Origin: an uncultured Gammaproteobacteria bacterium
GTDB lineage: Bacteria; Pseudomonadota; Gammaproteobacteria; DATFLG01
Direction: 5' to 3'
Assembly (NCBI GenBank): GCA_963830105.1
Contig: CAWHLH010000003.1
Coordinates: forward strand, 323,931-387,930
Length of the DNA stretch: 64,000 nt
Shown: piece by piece, positions 39,524 to 48,285 of the stretch
Layout of the letters: the number at the start of each line of letters is the position of its first letter
Numbering within the stretch: the stretch's first letter is position 1
Translations under genes and position numbers: made by a program
The notes under the pieces: generated by a model
Seen by the model: the letters and a program-made list of their open reading frames with translations, nothing else
The model's database searches: none
What the model was told of the DNA's origin: nothing

Positions 39524-39841
39524 TCAGGCCGCCGCGGAAGCGGACTGATCGCCGCCGGTCGGCAGCACCGGTTCCACTTCGCGATGCGGACGCGCAATGA
39601 TGTGTGCCGCGACCAGACCGTCGCCAACACGCTCGCAGGCATCGGCTCCGGCACGCACCGCCGCGTTGACCGCACCGGTTTCACCGCGCACCAGCACGGT
39701 CACATAGCCGCCGCCCACGAATTCGCGCCCGATCAGACGCACCTCAGCGGCCTTGGTCATCGCGTCTGCCGCTTCGATGGCGGGCACCAGTCCGCGTGTC
39801 TCGATCATCCCCAATGCGATACCGTAATTGTCATTTGCCAT
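39524..39841 (-). CDS. csoS1: Carboxysome shell hexamer protein CsoS1 (BMC domain), copy 2
   Basis: 105 aa. Near-identical BMC-H core to the neighbouring copies, with a short divergent C-terminal tail. Confidence 0.93.
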   Translation of the reverse strand: MANDNYGIALGMIETRGLVPAIEAADAMTKAAEVRLIGREFVGGGYVTVLVRGETGAVNAAVRAGADACERVGDGLVAAHIIARPHREVEPVLPTGGDQSASAAA

Positions 39842-39883
39842 CGTTGGATCTCCGTCTTCGGAATTAAGAGAACATACAGCGTC

Positions 39884-40174
39884 TTACGTGTTACCCAATA
39901 CCGGCTCGACCTCGCGGTGCGGACGGGCAATGATGTGTGCGGCGACCAGGCCGTCACCCACGCGCTCGCAGGCATCCGCCCCGGCACGCACCGCCGCGTT
40001 GACCGCACCGGTTTCGCCGCGCACCAGTATGGTGACGTAGCCGCCGCCCACGAATTCACGCCCGATGAGACGCACCTCGGCGGCCTTGGTCATGGCATCC
40101 GCCGCTTCGATGGCGGGCACCAGTCCGCGTGTCTCGATCATGCCCAGTGCGATACCGTAACTTTCATCTGCCAT
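39884..40174 (-). CDS. csoS1: Carboxysome shell hexamer protein CsoS1 (BMC domain), copy 1
   Basis: 96 aa (MADESYGIALGMIETRGLVPAIEAADAMTKAAEV...). Canonical BMC-H. Confidence 0.93.
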   Translation of the reverse strand: MADESYGIALGMIETRGLVPAIEAADAMTKAAEVRLIGREFVGGGYVTILVRGETGAVNAAVRAGADACERVGDGLVAAHIIARPHREVEPVLGNT

Positions 40175-40189
40175 CTTCGTGTCTCCTGC

Positions 40190-40510
40190 TTACGTTGTTT
40201 CCCGTTCCAGGGCCCTCTTGCCCCGCCTGTTTCTGTCACTGTCGCGGCCGCCCGGCGTTGCGGTTTCGACCTCCCAGTAATCGATAATGCCGCCGATGGT
40301 GAGATCGGTGAGAACCCCGAAGTCACCGCAGGCGTATCGCGCGGCCGAGCCGCTGACGGTAAACACCCAGTTGCCCTCGCACGCACCCACTGGATCGACG
40401 GCCACATGCCGCCCGCCCTTTGAGTCTCGCAAGACCCGCAGGCTGGTGTGTTGCAGGCCCTGTATCCTGCGAGTGCAGACCAGCGGCGCTTCGACTTGGA
40501 GAATATCCAT
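40190..40510 (-). CDS. csoS4B: Carboxysome vertex (pentamer) protein CsoS4B (EutN/CcmL family)
   Basis: ATG at 40510 (MDILQVEAPLVCTRRIQGLQHTSLRVLRD...). BMC-P fold pattern. C-terminal extent uncertain. Confidence 0.8.
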   Translation of the reverse strand: MDILQVEAPLVCTRRIQGLQHTSLRVLRDSKGGRHVAVDPVGACEGNWVFTVSGSAARYACGDFGVLTDLTIGGIIDYWEVETATPGGRDSDRNRRGKRALERETT

Positions 40511-40519
40511 CGATCTGTC

Positions 40520-40777
40520 TCAGCCCTGCGCCTCTTCCGGGGGCCAGTGGTCAATTATTCCGACGATGGTCAAATCGCTCGGATATTCCTTGCTGCCTGC
40601 CGCTTCACGGGCGGCCGAACTGCCCACGCAGACCACCCAGTCGCCGGGAATGCAGCCCACAGCATCCACCGCCACCAGCATCGCACTGCCGTCACGCACC
40701 ACCTGCATGTGCCTGTGCTCCAGGCCAGGAATGCGATTGGTGGCAACCAGCGGCCGCTCCACCTGACAGATCTTCAT
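40520..40777 (-). CDS. csoS4A: Carboxysome vertex (pentamer) protein CsoS4A (EutN/CcmL family)
   Basis: Internal ATG at 40777 overlapping the csoSCA stop (TGATG). 85 aa (MKICQVERPLVATNRIPGLEHRHMQVVRDGSAMLVAVDAVGC...). Confidence 0.85.
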   Translation of the reverse strand: MKICQVERPLVATNRIPGLEHRHMQVVRDGSAMLVAVDAVGCIPGDWVVCVGSSAAREAAGSKEYPSDLTIVGIIDHWPPEEAQG

Positions 40778-42297
40778 CAGTGCGCTTCCCCTGTGGCATC
40801 GCCGTTGACAGAACAACCCAGCACTTCAATGCCGCCATGGGACGCGTGGTCGCGGACCAGCATCAGCGTGTACAGCAGACCGCCGTTGACAAGATCCGCA
40901 TAGCGTGCAGCGATGGCCTGCGCCACCCGCTGGCAGCGGCCTACCGCCCGTTCGCGCGCGCCCGGCACATGCCCCTGGTAGTCGTATCGCACTACCACCG
41001 GGATGGGCAGACCGTGGGCCACATTCAACCGGGAGAAGATCTTCACACCGACATCCAGGTCGGGAGCGGCCTCCTCGACTGTGTCGAGATAAGCGAAATA
41101 GGTGAGGTTGCGAAGCTGCACTTCCTCGAAACCCTTGCCCGCGCCGATGAAACGCTCGGCGTGCCCGATGTCCTGGTAGCGCCCGCCGTGATGGGCGCCC
41201 ACGTACTCGATCTGGGACAGGTTGTTTTCCAGCAGGCGTGAAATCAGCCGCCGCATACCTGCGGGCATATCGGGCGCTGCCTCGCGCATCCGCGCCTCGA
41301 TGCATTCCTTTGCCTGGTATTGCGACAACCGCTGGGTCGCCTCGTACAGTTCGTGCGCATCGACATACTGGTCCAGAGCGATGGCGCCATCGCCGTCCGC
41401 CACGTGCACGCGAATGGCATCGGTATCGGTGTCCAGTCCGATCAGCATGAGATCTATGGAAGCGCCGCAGCAGTGCGTGTTCTGCACCGCCTGCTGGAAG
41501 CTGCACAGCCGTTCCAGCCCGGCACGCGCCGCCGCCCCCGCGTCGGAGCCGTGGGCCGCACAGCCTTCACGGGCCGGGTCACCCGAACTGTAGTGGTAAA
41601 CCACCGCCTTCAGGTAGCGGGTGGGCGCATCGGCCGTGTTGGGGCGACCCTCGCGAAACCGCATCAGTTCGGTTTCGGTCCACTTTTCAAGACTGTCGTC
41701 GATGTCGAACAGCGCGCCCGCATAGGACTTGCGTCGTACCGCGCGGTAGGGCAGCCGGAGCACAAACCGTATGACGTGGGCCAGCCGGCCGTCGGCGCAG
41801 GGGGAGACATCCAGGGTATGGAAACCGCATTCCTGCAGAAATGCATCGAAGGCGTCTTCGTCGTGCGAGCCCAACGGGTCGTTGGCGAAGAAGTCATCGC
41901 AAAAGCGGCGATAAGTCTCGAATACACACCAGGCGAACAGGCGGCGCATGTCCAACTGCTCCACCCAGGCGTCGGCCAGAATATGCGCTGGCAGCTCAAA
42001 GCCCAGGCGTTCACGCGCCATGCGCTGCGCGCGAACCTCGAAATGCTCTTCGTGCTGCAGAGCGGAAATGCGCTTGAGGGTCGGCACGATACCGTCGAAG
42101 GCGGACTTGACCCGCTGTTCGTAGTCGAACAGTCGTGCGTTCTCCCCGACCCGCACCAGCGGCTGGCGAATCCGGTGCCCCGCCCCATCGGCGCGCAGCG
42201 CCGGCGGGCGCCCGCCAGCCACCGCCCCCGGACGCCGCCGAGGGGCGGCCGGCTGGGGCGCGGGCCTTTCAGGGGATGATTGCGGTAGTTGCAACAT
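40777..42297 (-). CDS. csoSCA: Carboxysome shell carbonic anhydrase CsoSCA (CsoS3)
   Basis: 506 aa. Characteristic CsoSCA sequence (FETYRRFCDDFF...HTLDVSPCADGRL...HCCGASIDLMLIGLDTDTD...). Canonical position between csoS2 and csoS4A. Confidence 0.9.
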   Translation of the reverse strand: MLQLPQSSPERPAPQPAAPRRRPGAVAGGRPPALRADGAGHRIRQPLVRVGENARLFDYEQRVKSAFDGIVPTLKRISALQHEEHFEVRAQRMARERLGFELPAHILADAWVEQLDMRRLFAWCVFETYRRFCDDFFANDPLGSHDEDAFDAFLQECGFHTLDVSPCADGRLAHVIRFVLRLPYRAVRRKSYAGALFDIDDSLEKWTETELMRFREGRPNTADAPTRYLKAVVYHYSSGDPAREGCAAHGSDAGAAARAGLERLCSFQQAVQNTHCCGASIDLMLIGLDTDTDAIRVHVADGDGAIALDQYVDAHELYEATQRLSQYQAKECIEARMREAAPDMPAGMRRLISRLLENNLSQIEYVGAHHGGRYQDIGHAERFIGAGKGFEEVQLRNLTYFAYLDTVEEAAPDLDVGVKIFSRLNVAHGLPIPVVVRYDYQGHVPGARERAVGRCQRVAQAIAARYADLVNGGLLYTLMLVRDHASHGGIEVLGCSVNGDATGEAH

Positions 42298-42433
42298 GCC
42301 TGTATCCGGAATCTCGCCAATCCAACGTTAACCGGTTCAGCCCCGGGCTCCACCGGAATAGGTCACCAGTGCGCCGCGGTCGGTATTGCCGCTACCGCCC
42401 GTGACTTTGCTCACGGGCTCCGGCACCTGGTCG

Positions 42434-44691
42434 TTACGCTCCCGCGTTGGAGAACGCGGGCATGGCGCTCACGGGACCGCCGCGGCGCGTCGGGTTGCGC
42501 CCCATGGACGAGGTCCCTTCGGTTCCCGTCACCCGGTCGCCGCGCTCCCAGTCGTCACCGGTAATCTTCTGACCCGCATCCATGCCTTCTCCGGTGATGC
42601 GCGACTTGATCCGCCCGTTGATGTCGTCGGAGGTAGGTGACGACGCGACGTCCTCTGTCAAGGCTGGGCGAGTGCCATGTCCGAAGCGTGCCTCCTCGGT
42701 CCCCGTGACCTTGCCGGCGGCCATTCCGAACGGTCCGGTAATCTGCCCCTGCTCATAGCTCGAACCGGTGACCCCGCCCTTGCGCGCCTCGACCTGCGCG
42801 GCCTGCGAGGGCGCCGTGACACTGAACCGCCCCCAGGGGGTTTCACCCAGCGGCTGAGGAAAATCGGGACTGCCGGGCTCTGCCGGAGTGGCAGGACAGG
42901 CGGCGGCGAACTGATCGGCACCCACGTACGGGGTCCCGCTGACGGGCTCGCAGGCGCCCTTGTCTGCACCGGTCAACGTTCCGCCGATTCCCGGCTGCTG
43001 GCCGGTCATGACGGAACCTGGCGTGCTGCGCTGCGCCCGGGTACGTGCCGCGGCCGATTGAGCCTGCTCCGGCTCGCAGTAGCTGCGGTATTGTTCCGCC
43101 CCGGCATAGGGCGTGCCGGTGATCGCCTTGCAGGTGCCGGGCTCGTCCCCCGTGACCTTGCCGGAGCGTCCAGTGAGCGTACCGCTGACGGCCTTGCCCT
43201 TCTGGGTCCGCGACACACCGACCTTGAAGTCGTCGGGCTCGGGCGTGGCGGCGCAGAACTTGCTGTACTGCTCCTTGCCGATGTAGTCATCGCCGGTGAT
43301 GTTGCGGCAGCTGCCGGGCTCGTCGCCGGTCACCCGTTCGCTGCGCCCTACCTGGGTGCCGGTCATGGAACCACCCCGCAAGGTCTGACTTCTGCCGACT
43401 TTGGACGGTACTTTGCCGTTGCCCGCCTGCATGTACTGGGTCCCCGTCAATTCACGCCCGGCACCTGCTTCGTCGCCGGTCACCCGGCTGGAGCGGCCCA
43501 CGTTGTTACCCGTTACCGTCTTATCCGTACGGGTTTGGGCACTGCTGATCTTCATCGGGCCGGGCTCGTTGGGAGTCCCACAGAAGGCTTCGGACTGATC
43601 GGCACCCACATACTGGGACCCGGTCACGCGCTTGCAGGTGCCCGGCTCGTCCCCGGTCACACTTCGGCTGCGGCCGACCTCGTTGCCGGTGACGCGGTTG
43701 CCGTGTCCCGTGGGACTGACACCGACTTTGCGCACCGACTTGCCGGGCTCGGTCTGGCAGAACTGCCGGAATATGTCGGCACCCAGATACTCGGTGCCGG
43801 TCACGTTCCGGCAGGTGCTGGCCTCGTCACCCGTGGTCCGGACACTGCGCCCGACCTGGGTGCCGGTCACGGTCTGGCCGTAGGCGGTTTCACCGGCACC
43901 GACCTTCCAGGGCGCATCCTGCGCAGCGCCTGGGCCGCTGCCCCCTTCCGGAGTCCGACGAGCGCGTTTGCGGCCACAGGGCTCGGACTTCTTCTGGCCG
44001 GATCCACCCTTTTGACTGCGCTGGGCGCGCAGGGCACGGGCGAGTTCACGGCTGGATAAGTTCGGGTTGGCGGCCCGCGCGGTCTGCGCCTGGCTCGGGC
44101 CGTTGCCCCGCAGTCCCGCTTTGCCCCGCGCGGACATGGCATGACGCCGAGCCAGGGCCGCAGCCCGCCCGACGCTCATGGAGGCGGCCCTGGTGATATT
44201 GCGGTTCACGGTGTGCTTCTTGGCCAAAGAACGGGACGGCGTGGAAGCCGCACCGCCACCGCTGTACTGGCCATGACGCTGTTCAGAACCATGATCGGCA
44301 TTCTGTTCCGGACGCTGATCGGCACGTCCCCGCTCACCCTTGCAGCCACAACCACAGCCGGATGTTTCCCGACCGGGTGCCGCACTCCCCGACTGCACCG
44401 CTCCAGCCGAATCCGCACGGGTGCGGTCCGGGGTGCTCATCCCGGCTTTCCCGCGGCTGGACATGGCTCTGCGCCGCGCCCGCGAGGCAGCTCGCCCTGG
44501 CGAGCTCACGGCTCCGGCGCCGAGAGCGGCCCAGGGGCACGGGATACAGCAGGCGCCGTCGTCTTGGGCTTGCTGCCCGAGGCACTCGTTGCGGCACCGA
44601 GACCGGCCTTGCCCTTGACGGACATGGCGCGGCGCCGGGCGCGTGATGCCTCACGACCACTGGAGTTGGGAGTGTTTGGAGTCTGTGCCAT
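42434..44691 (-). CDS. csoS2: Carboxysome scaffold protein CsoS2, annotated across an N-terminal frame break near 44506-44509
   Basis: ORF 42434..44509 (691 aa) has two further N-type repeats (GRAASRARRRAMSSRGKAG, ARRHAMSARGKAG), a weaker fourth, and many M-region repeats (VTG(D/N)E-x-G-x-C-x-x-(V/I)TG(T/S)-x-Y). The first N-repeat (GREASRARRRAMSVKGKAG) and a canonical N-terminus lie in ORF 44506..44691, offset by one base, with stop and GTG overlapping (GTGA). Confidence 0.85.
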
Positions 44692-44733
44692 CTCTTACCC
44701 CGTCGCGTCGATGTTTACCTTCCGTTACCGGGT

Positions 44734-45078
44734 TCAGCCGCGTCCTTCGAAGACGACGAACGCCAGACCCTGGCTCTGGGTGTAGTTGTCGTAACCGATC
44801 AGGCGAACGTGGTGATCCGGGTACGCGCGGTGGCAAGCCTCCAGTTCGTTGATCACGTTGGACAGGTTGGTCTCACCGAAGAAGGGCAGCTTCCACATGG
44901 TCCAGTAGTGGTTGGTGGCCCTGGAGGGATGCTCGTGCTCGATGGCCGGCGTCCAGCCCTGGGCGAGCAGGTAGACGATCTGCTCGTGTATCTCATCCTG
45001 GGTCATGGGCGGCAGGAAGCCGAAGGTCTCAAGGGTGTGGGCGGTCTGGTAGTCACCCATCTCGTACATGCTTGGCAT
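44734..45078 (-). CDS. cbbS: RuBisCO small subunit (form IA)
   Basis: 114 aa (MPSMYEMGDYQTAHTLETFGFLPPMTQDEI...YWTMWKLPFFGET...). Classic CbbS. Confidence 0.95.
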   Translation of the reverse strand: MPSMYEMGDYQTAHTLETFGFLPPMTQDEIHEQIVYLLAQGWTPAIEHEHPSRATNHYWTMWKLPFFGETNLSNVINELEACHRAYPDHHVRLIGYDNYTQSQGLAFVVFEGRG

Positions 45079-45133
45079 GGTCGTATTCCTCGCTTCAGTT
45101 CAGTCTCGGGTTCGCAGGGAGCGTGCCGTGCGA

Positions 45134-46546
45134 TCAGGCGACGTCCAGCTTGTCCACGGTTTCGAACTCGAACTTGATTTCTTTCCAGGTTTCCATCGCC
45201 ATGGCGAGCTCGGGGCTGTTGGCGGCGGCCTCGGTGAGGACGTCGCGCGCCTCCTTCTCCAGTTCGCGGCCCTGGTTGCGTGCCTTCACGCAGGCCTCGA
45301 GCGCCACCCGGTTGGCCGCCGCGCCGGCCGCGTTGCCCCACGGATGACCCTGGGTGCCGCCGCCGAACTGCAGGCAGGAGTCGTCGCCGAAGATGGTAAC
45401 CAGTGCGGGCATGTGCCAGACGTGGATACCGCCGGAGGCCACCGGGAACACGCCAGGCATGGAGCCCCAGTCCTGATCGAAGAACACGCCGCGCGAGCGG
45501 TCCTCCGGCACGAAGGATTCGCGCAGTTGGTCAACGAAGCCCAGAGTGGAGGCGCGGTCGCCTTCGAGCTTGCCCACCACCGTGCCGGAGTGCAGGTGGT
45601 CGCCGCCGGACAGGCGCAGGCACTTGGCCAGCACGCGGAAGTGAATACCGTGCTTGGGATGGCGGTCGATCACCGCGTGCATGGCACGGTGGATGTGCAG
45701 CAGCATGCTGTTCTTGCGGCACCACTTGGCCAGACTGGTGTTGGCCGTGAAGCCGCCGGTCAGAAAGTCGTGCATGATGATCGGCATGCCCAGTTCCTTG
45801 GCGAACTCGGCGCGCTCGTACATCTGCTCGGCATCCGGGGCGGTGACGTTCAGGTAATGACCCTTGCGTTCCCCGGTCTCGGCCTGGGCCTTGAGCACGG
45901 CCTCGGCCACGAACTCGAACCGGTTCTGCCAGCGCATGAACGGCTGGGAGTTGACGTTCTCGTCGTCCTTGGTCAGATCCAGACCGCCGCGCAGGCATTC
46001 GTACACGGCGCGGCCGTAGTTCTTGGCCGACAGGCCCAGCTTGGGCTTGATGGTGCAGCCCAGCAGCGGACGGCCGTACTTGTTGAGCCTGTCGCGCTCC
46101 ACCTGAATACCGTTCGGTGGCCCCAGGCAGGTCTTGATGTAGGCGATGGGGAAACGGATGTCCTCCAGGCGCAGGTGCTTGAGTGCCTTGAAACCGAACA
46201 CGTTACCGACCAGCGAGGTCAGCACGTTGACGATGGAGCCCTCCTCGAACAGGTCGATTGGATAGGCGACGAAGGCATAGAAGGACTCGGAATCCCCCGG
46301 CACGTCTTCAATGCGGTAGGCGCGACCCTTGTAGTACTCGAGATCGGTCAGCAGCTCGGACCACACGGTGCTCCAGGTACCGGTGGAAGACTCCGCGGCG
46401 ACGGCGGCGGCGACCTCTTCACGGGGCACGCCCGGCTGGCCGGTGCACTTGAAGCAGGCCAGCAGGTCCGTATCAAGCGGCACATAGTCCGGGGTCCAGT
46501 ACATCTCGCGGTACTCTTTCACGCCCGCTTGGTAATTCGCGCTCAT
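45134..46546 (-). CDS. cbbL: RuBisCO large subunit (form IA, carboxysomal)
   Basis: 470 aa with all hallmark motifs ([23 protein letters not shown], GGLDFTKDDE-like, active-site K in [13 protein letters not shown]..., YxKTFxGPxxG-like). AGGAGG RBS. Confidence 0.97.
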   Translation of the reverse strand: MSANYQAGVKEYREMYWTPDYVPLDTDLLACFKCTGQPGVPREEVAAAVAAESSTGTWSTVWSELLTDLEYYKGRAYRIEDVPGDSESFYAFVAYPIDLFEEGSIVNVLTSLVGNVFGFKALKHLRLEDIRFPIAYIKTCLGPPNGIQVERDRLNKYGRPLLGCTIKPKLGLSAKNYGRAVYECLRGGLDLTKDDENVNSQPFMRWQNRFEFVAEAVLKAQAETGERKGHYLNVTAPDAEQMYERAEFAKELGMPIIMHDFLTGGFTANTSLAKWCRKNSMLLHIHRAMHAVIDRHPKHGIHFRVLAKCLRLSGGDHLHSGTVVGKLEGDRASTLGFVDQLRESFVPEDRSRGVFFDQDWGSMPGVFPVASGGIHVWHMPALVTIFGDDSCLQFGGGTQGHPWGNAAGAAANRVALEACVKARNQGRELEKEARDVLTEAAANSPELAMAMETWKEIKFEFETVDKLDVA

Positions 46547-46653
46547 TGAGGAGTCCTCCTGTTTGCGATACTGAGTGTTAATCGATGGCTCCGCTTTGCG
46601 GCTGCGCAGCCCAAGCCTCCAGAAATTGGCGGCAGTTTATGGGGAAGGAATGA

Positions 46654-46703
46654 TTAATTACAGTTTAACTTTCTTACGTTCGCGTTTATGGATCGTTTAA
46701 TCC
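46654..46703 (-). promoter_or_regulatory. ~50-bp AT-rich conserved element, copy A (upstream of cbbL)
   Basis: ATTAATTACAGTTTAACTTTCTTACGTTCGCGTTTATGGATCGTTTAATCC, about 110 bp upstream of the cbbL start. Confidence 0.5.
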
Positions 46704-46753
46704 TTGGACGCATCGACCCGTCGTTGGAGCGGAGTGTACGGAGCAGCTGCGGA

Positions 46754-46803
46754 TAAATGACAGTTTAATTTTCTAACGATATTCTTTACTGATCCTCTAA
46801 TGT
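46754..46803 (-). promoter_or_regulatory. ~50-bp AT-rich conserved element, copy B (upstream of cbbL)
   Basis: ATAAATGACAGTTTAATTTTCTAACGATATTCTTTACTGATCCTCTAATG. Direct repeat of copy A, 100 bp further upstream. Confidence 0.5.
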
Positions 46804-46901
46804 TCCACAGGGCAGTGGACCGGCGAGGCGCCGTTCGGCCACGGGTGAGCAAGCGGCCGTATGCGACGCAATAAACGAGAAATTCCCCACTGCGCCGGTG
46901 C

Positions 46902-46930
46902 TTTACAGCCTGGTCAAGGCACCCTAAAGT
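46902..46930 (+). promoter_or_regulatory. Sigma70-like promoter (TTTACA-17-TAAAGT) facing away from cbbL
   Basis: TTTACA 46902-46907, 17-nt spacer, TAAAGT 46925-46930. About 70 nt upstream of a small + strand ORF. Confidence 0.4.
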
Positions 46931-46999
46931 ATCCTGCGCTATGCTTGTTTACGCACTGCCACTCCCCCACGCGATGTGACCAACCACGAGGGCACCGGC

Positions 47000-47203
47000 A
47001 TGACTGACGAGTTGGAAGAGGCACACAAGCCGCAATTTGAATCGGCGCCGGGCCAGGCCCGCAAGGCGGCAACCGTAGAGGATTCCCTGGCCGCTGCGGC
47101 AGAGCTGAAACCGATGGTGGGAGCCGTCCGGCGGCTGGCCCGCGAACGGCGTGCCGCCATCGGCAAGACAGGCAAGATGGCACTGCCTCCGGAGGAACGT
47201 TGA
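47000..47203 (+). CDS. Small hypothetical protein (68 aa) divergent from cbbL
   Basis: Internal ATG at 47000 of ORF 46976..47203, with GAGGG 9 nt upstream. Acidic N-terminus and basic C-terminus. No recognisable family. Confidence 0.3.
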   Translation: MTDELEEAHKPQFESAPGQARKAATVEDSLAAAAELKPMVGAVRRLARERRAAIGKTGKMALPPEER

Positions 47204-47405
47204 CTGGCCGTTGCCGTTCAGCTGGCAAACCTGCAACGCCTCTCTGAGCCGGGCATTTCAGCGGACCAAGCAGCACTAGAGCCGGATCCCACCTGAGTCC
47301 CCTATCAGGCGATCCAGGTCTTGAGTGAGCCCGAGAATCTGTAAAGCTTCACAGGAAACGACGCCAAGGATGGCCAAGCCGCATGGGCCAATCAACCCGG
47401 TCACC

Positions 47406-47912
47406 TTAGGGCACGTCCCAAACGCAGTTCTTCCTTCGCCCAGAGATAGCCCACTCCAAGCGCATCTGATAATCCCCGCGCTCTATGTTCAGTAGCGGTG
47501 ACAGCGAGCGCACATTTGGGTCGGTATGGGAAGTGGATGGATTTGAGCGTTCCTTCAGGCTCGTATGTACCACTGAATGACCGAACGAATGGATTAACTG
47601 CGCGAGTTTCCACGTGGGGTGATCGACTGCACCGTAACAACAGATCTGATCCTTCAGGCTTGAAATCACTGCCCGGTTGGGGCAGTCCGCAGCGAACAGC
47701 GCTGCGTCGCCACTCCGTGTGTTCTTACGCACGACTGCATCCGGTATCGGAAATAGCATGACTTCGTGCTGCTGCTCGCGAAGCGGCCGCCGCTGGCCGA
47801 ATACGCGCATGCACGCACGTTCAAGCCCGTGCTGCGGGGCAGAAATTCGGTCTTCATGCCATATGCCTAATACGCACCCGCAACCGCCGATAGCTATCGA
47901 CGTCGACCGCAT
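47406..47912 (-). CDS. Hypothetical protein
   Basis: 168-aa ORF downstream of ygfX with lower GC than neighbours. No recognisable motif. Confidence 0.35.
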   Translation of the reverse strand: MRSTSIAIGGCGCVLGIWHEDRISAPQHGLERACMRVFGQRRPLREQQHEVMLFPIPDAVVRKNTRSGDAALFAADCPNRAVISSLKDQICCYGAVDHPTWKLAQLIHSFGHSVVHTSLKERSNPSTSHTDPNVRSLSPLLNIERGDYQMRLEWAISGRRKNCVWDVP

Positions 47913-48285
47913 CCGGAGGGATCACGACCCGATGGACACGGCCGTCTTCAGTGCGCAGAGGCAGGACGACCAGCAACGGGTGTTCATGGACGGTGCGCTC
48001 CAGATGTGCCGATTGCCAGCGCCCGCCCGAATGGACACTCCAGATTCCGTCGGCTCCCCATACGATCACCGAAGGCTTCCCGGCACGGATGCCCCGTTGC
48101 CGACGCAGCTCGTGCCAGCCGCTGGCCAGGATTACCGCGGTCAGCAGCACGCGCAGCGGCAAGGAAAGCGCGGCTGCCCACGCGGCCAACAGCGCCAGGG
48201 CATGACCGCAGCACAAGAACCGGGTCAGTAACCGGGAGGGTTGTAGCTCAAGGCGCAGCGGCGCTGCGAATGGCGTCGACGACAT
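47854..48285 (-). CDS. ygfX: Inner-membrane protein YgfX/CptA family (SdhE-associated toxin-like)
   Basis: 143 aa with two N-terminal TM segments (LLCCGHALALLAAWAAALSLPLRVLLTAVILASGW). Immediately follows sdhE, the canonical pairing. Confidence 0.75.
   Translation of the reverse strand: MSSTPFAAPLRLELQPSRLLTRFLCCGHALALLAAWAAALSLPLRVLLTAVILASGWHELRRQRGIRAGKPSVIVWGADGIWSVHSGGRWQSAHLERTVHEHPLLVVLPLRTEDGRVHRVVIPPDAVDVDSYRRLRVRIRHMA

Larger units (their letters stand above)
39158..40174 (-). repeat. Three tandem near-identical csoS1 paralogs (~300-bp units, spaced ~360 bp)
   Basis: Core ~85 codons are almost identical at protein level across the three copies. Antisense ORFs 39135..39347 and 39828..40040 are also near-identical, indicating high DNA identity. 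Confidence 0.85.

Noticed and set aside
42434-44691. Periodic repeats in csoS2 (and in the DUF1641 gene 2376..3095, and the csoS1 array) considered as possible CRISPR arrays
   Set aside because: Repeats are in-frame protein repeats (CsoS2 N- and M-repeats; DUF1641 units) or whole duplicated genes. Spacers are not unique short sequences and there are no cas genes. No CRISPR array is present.
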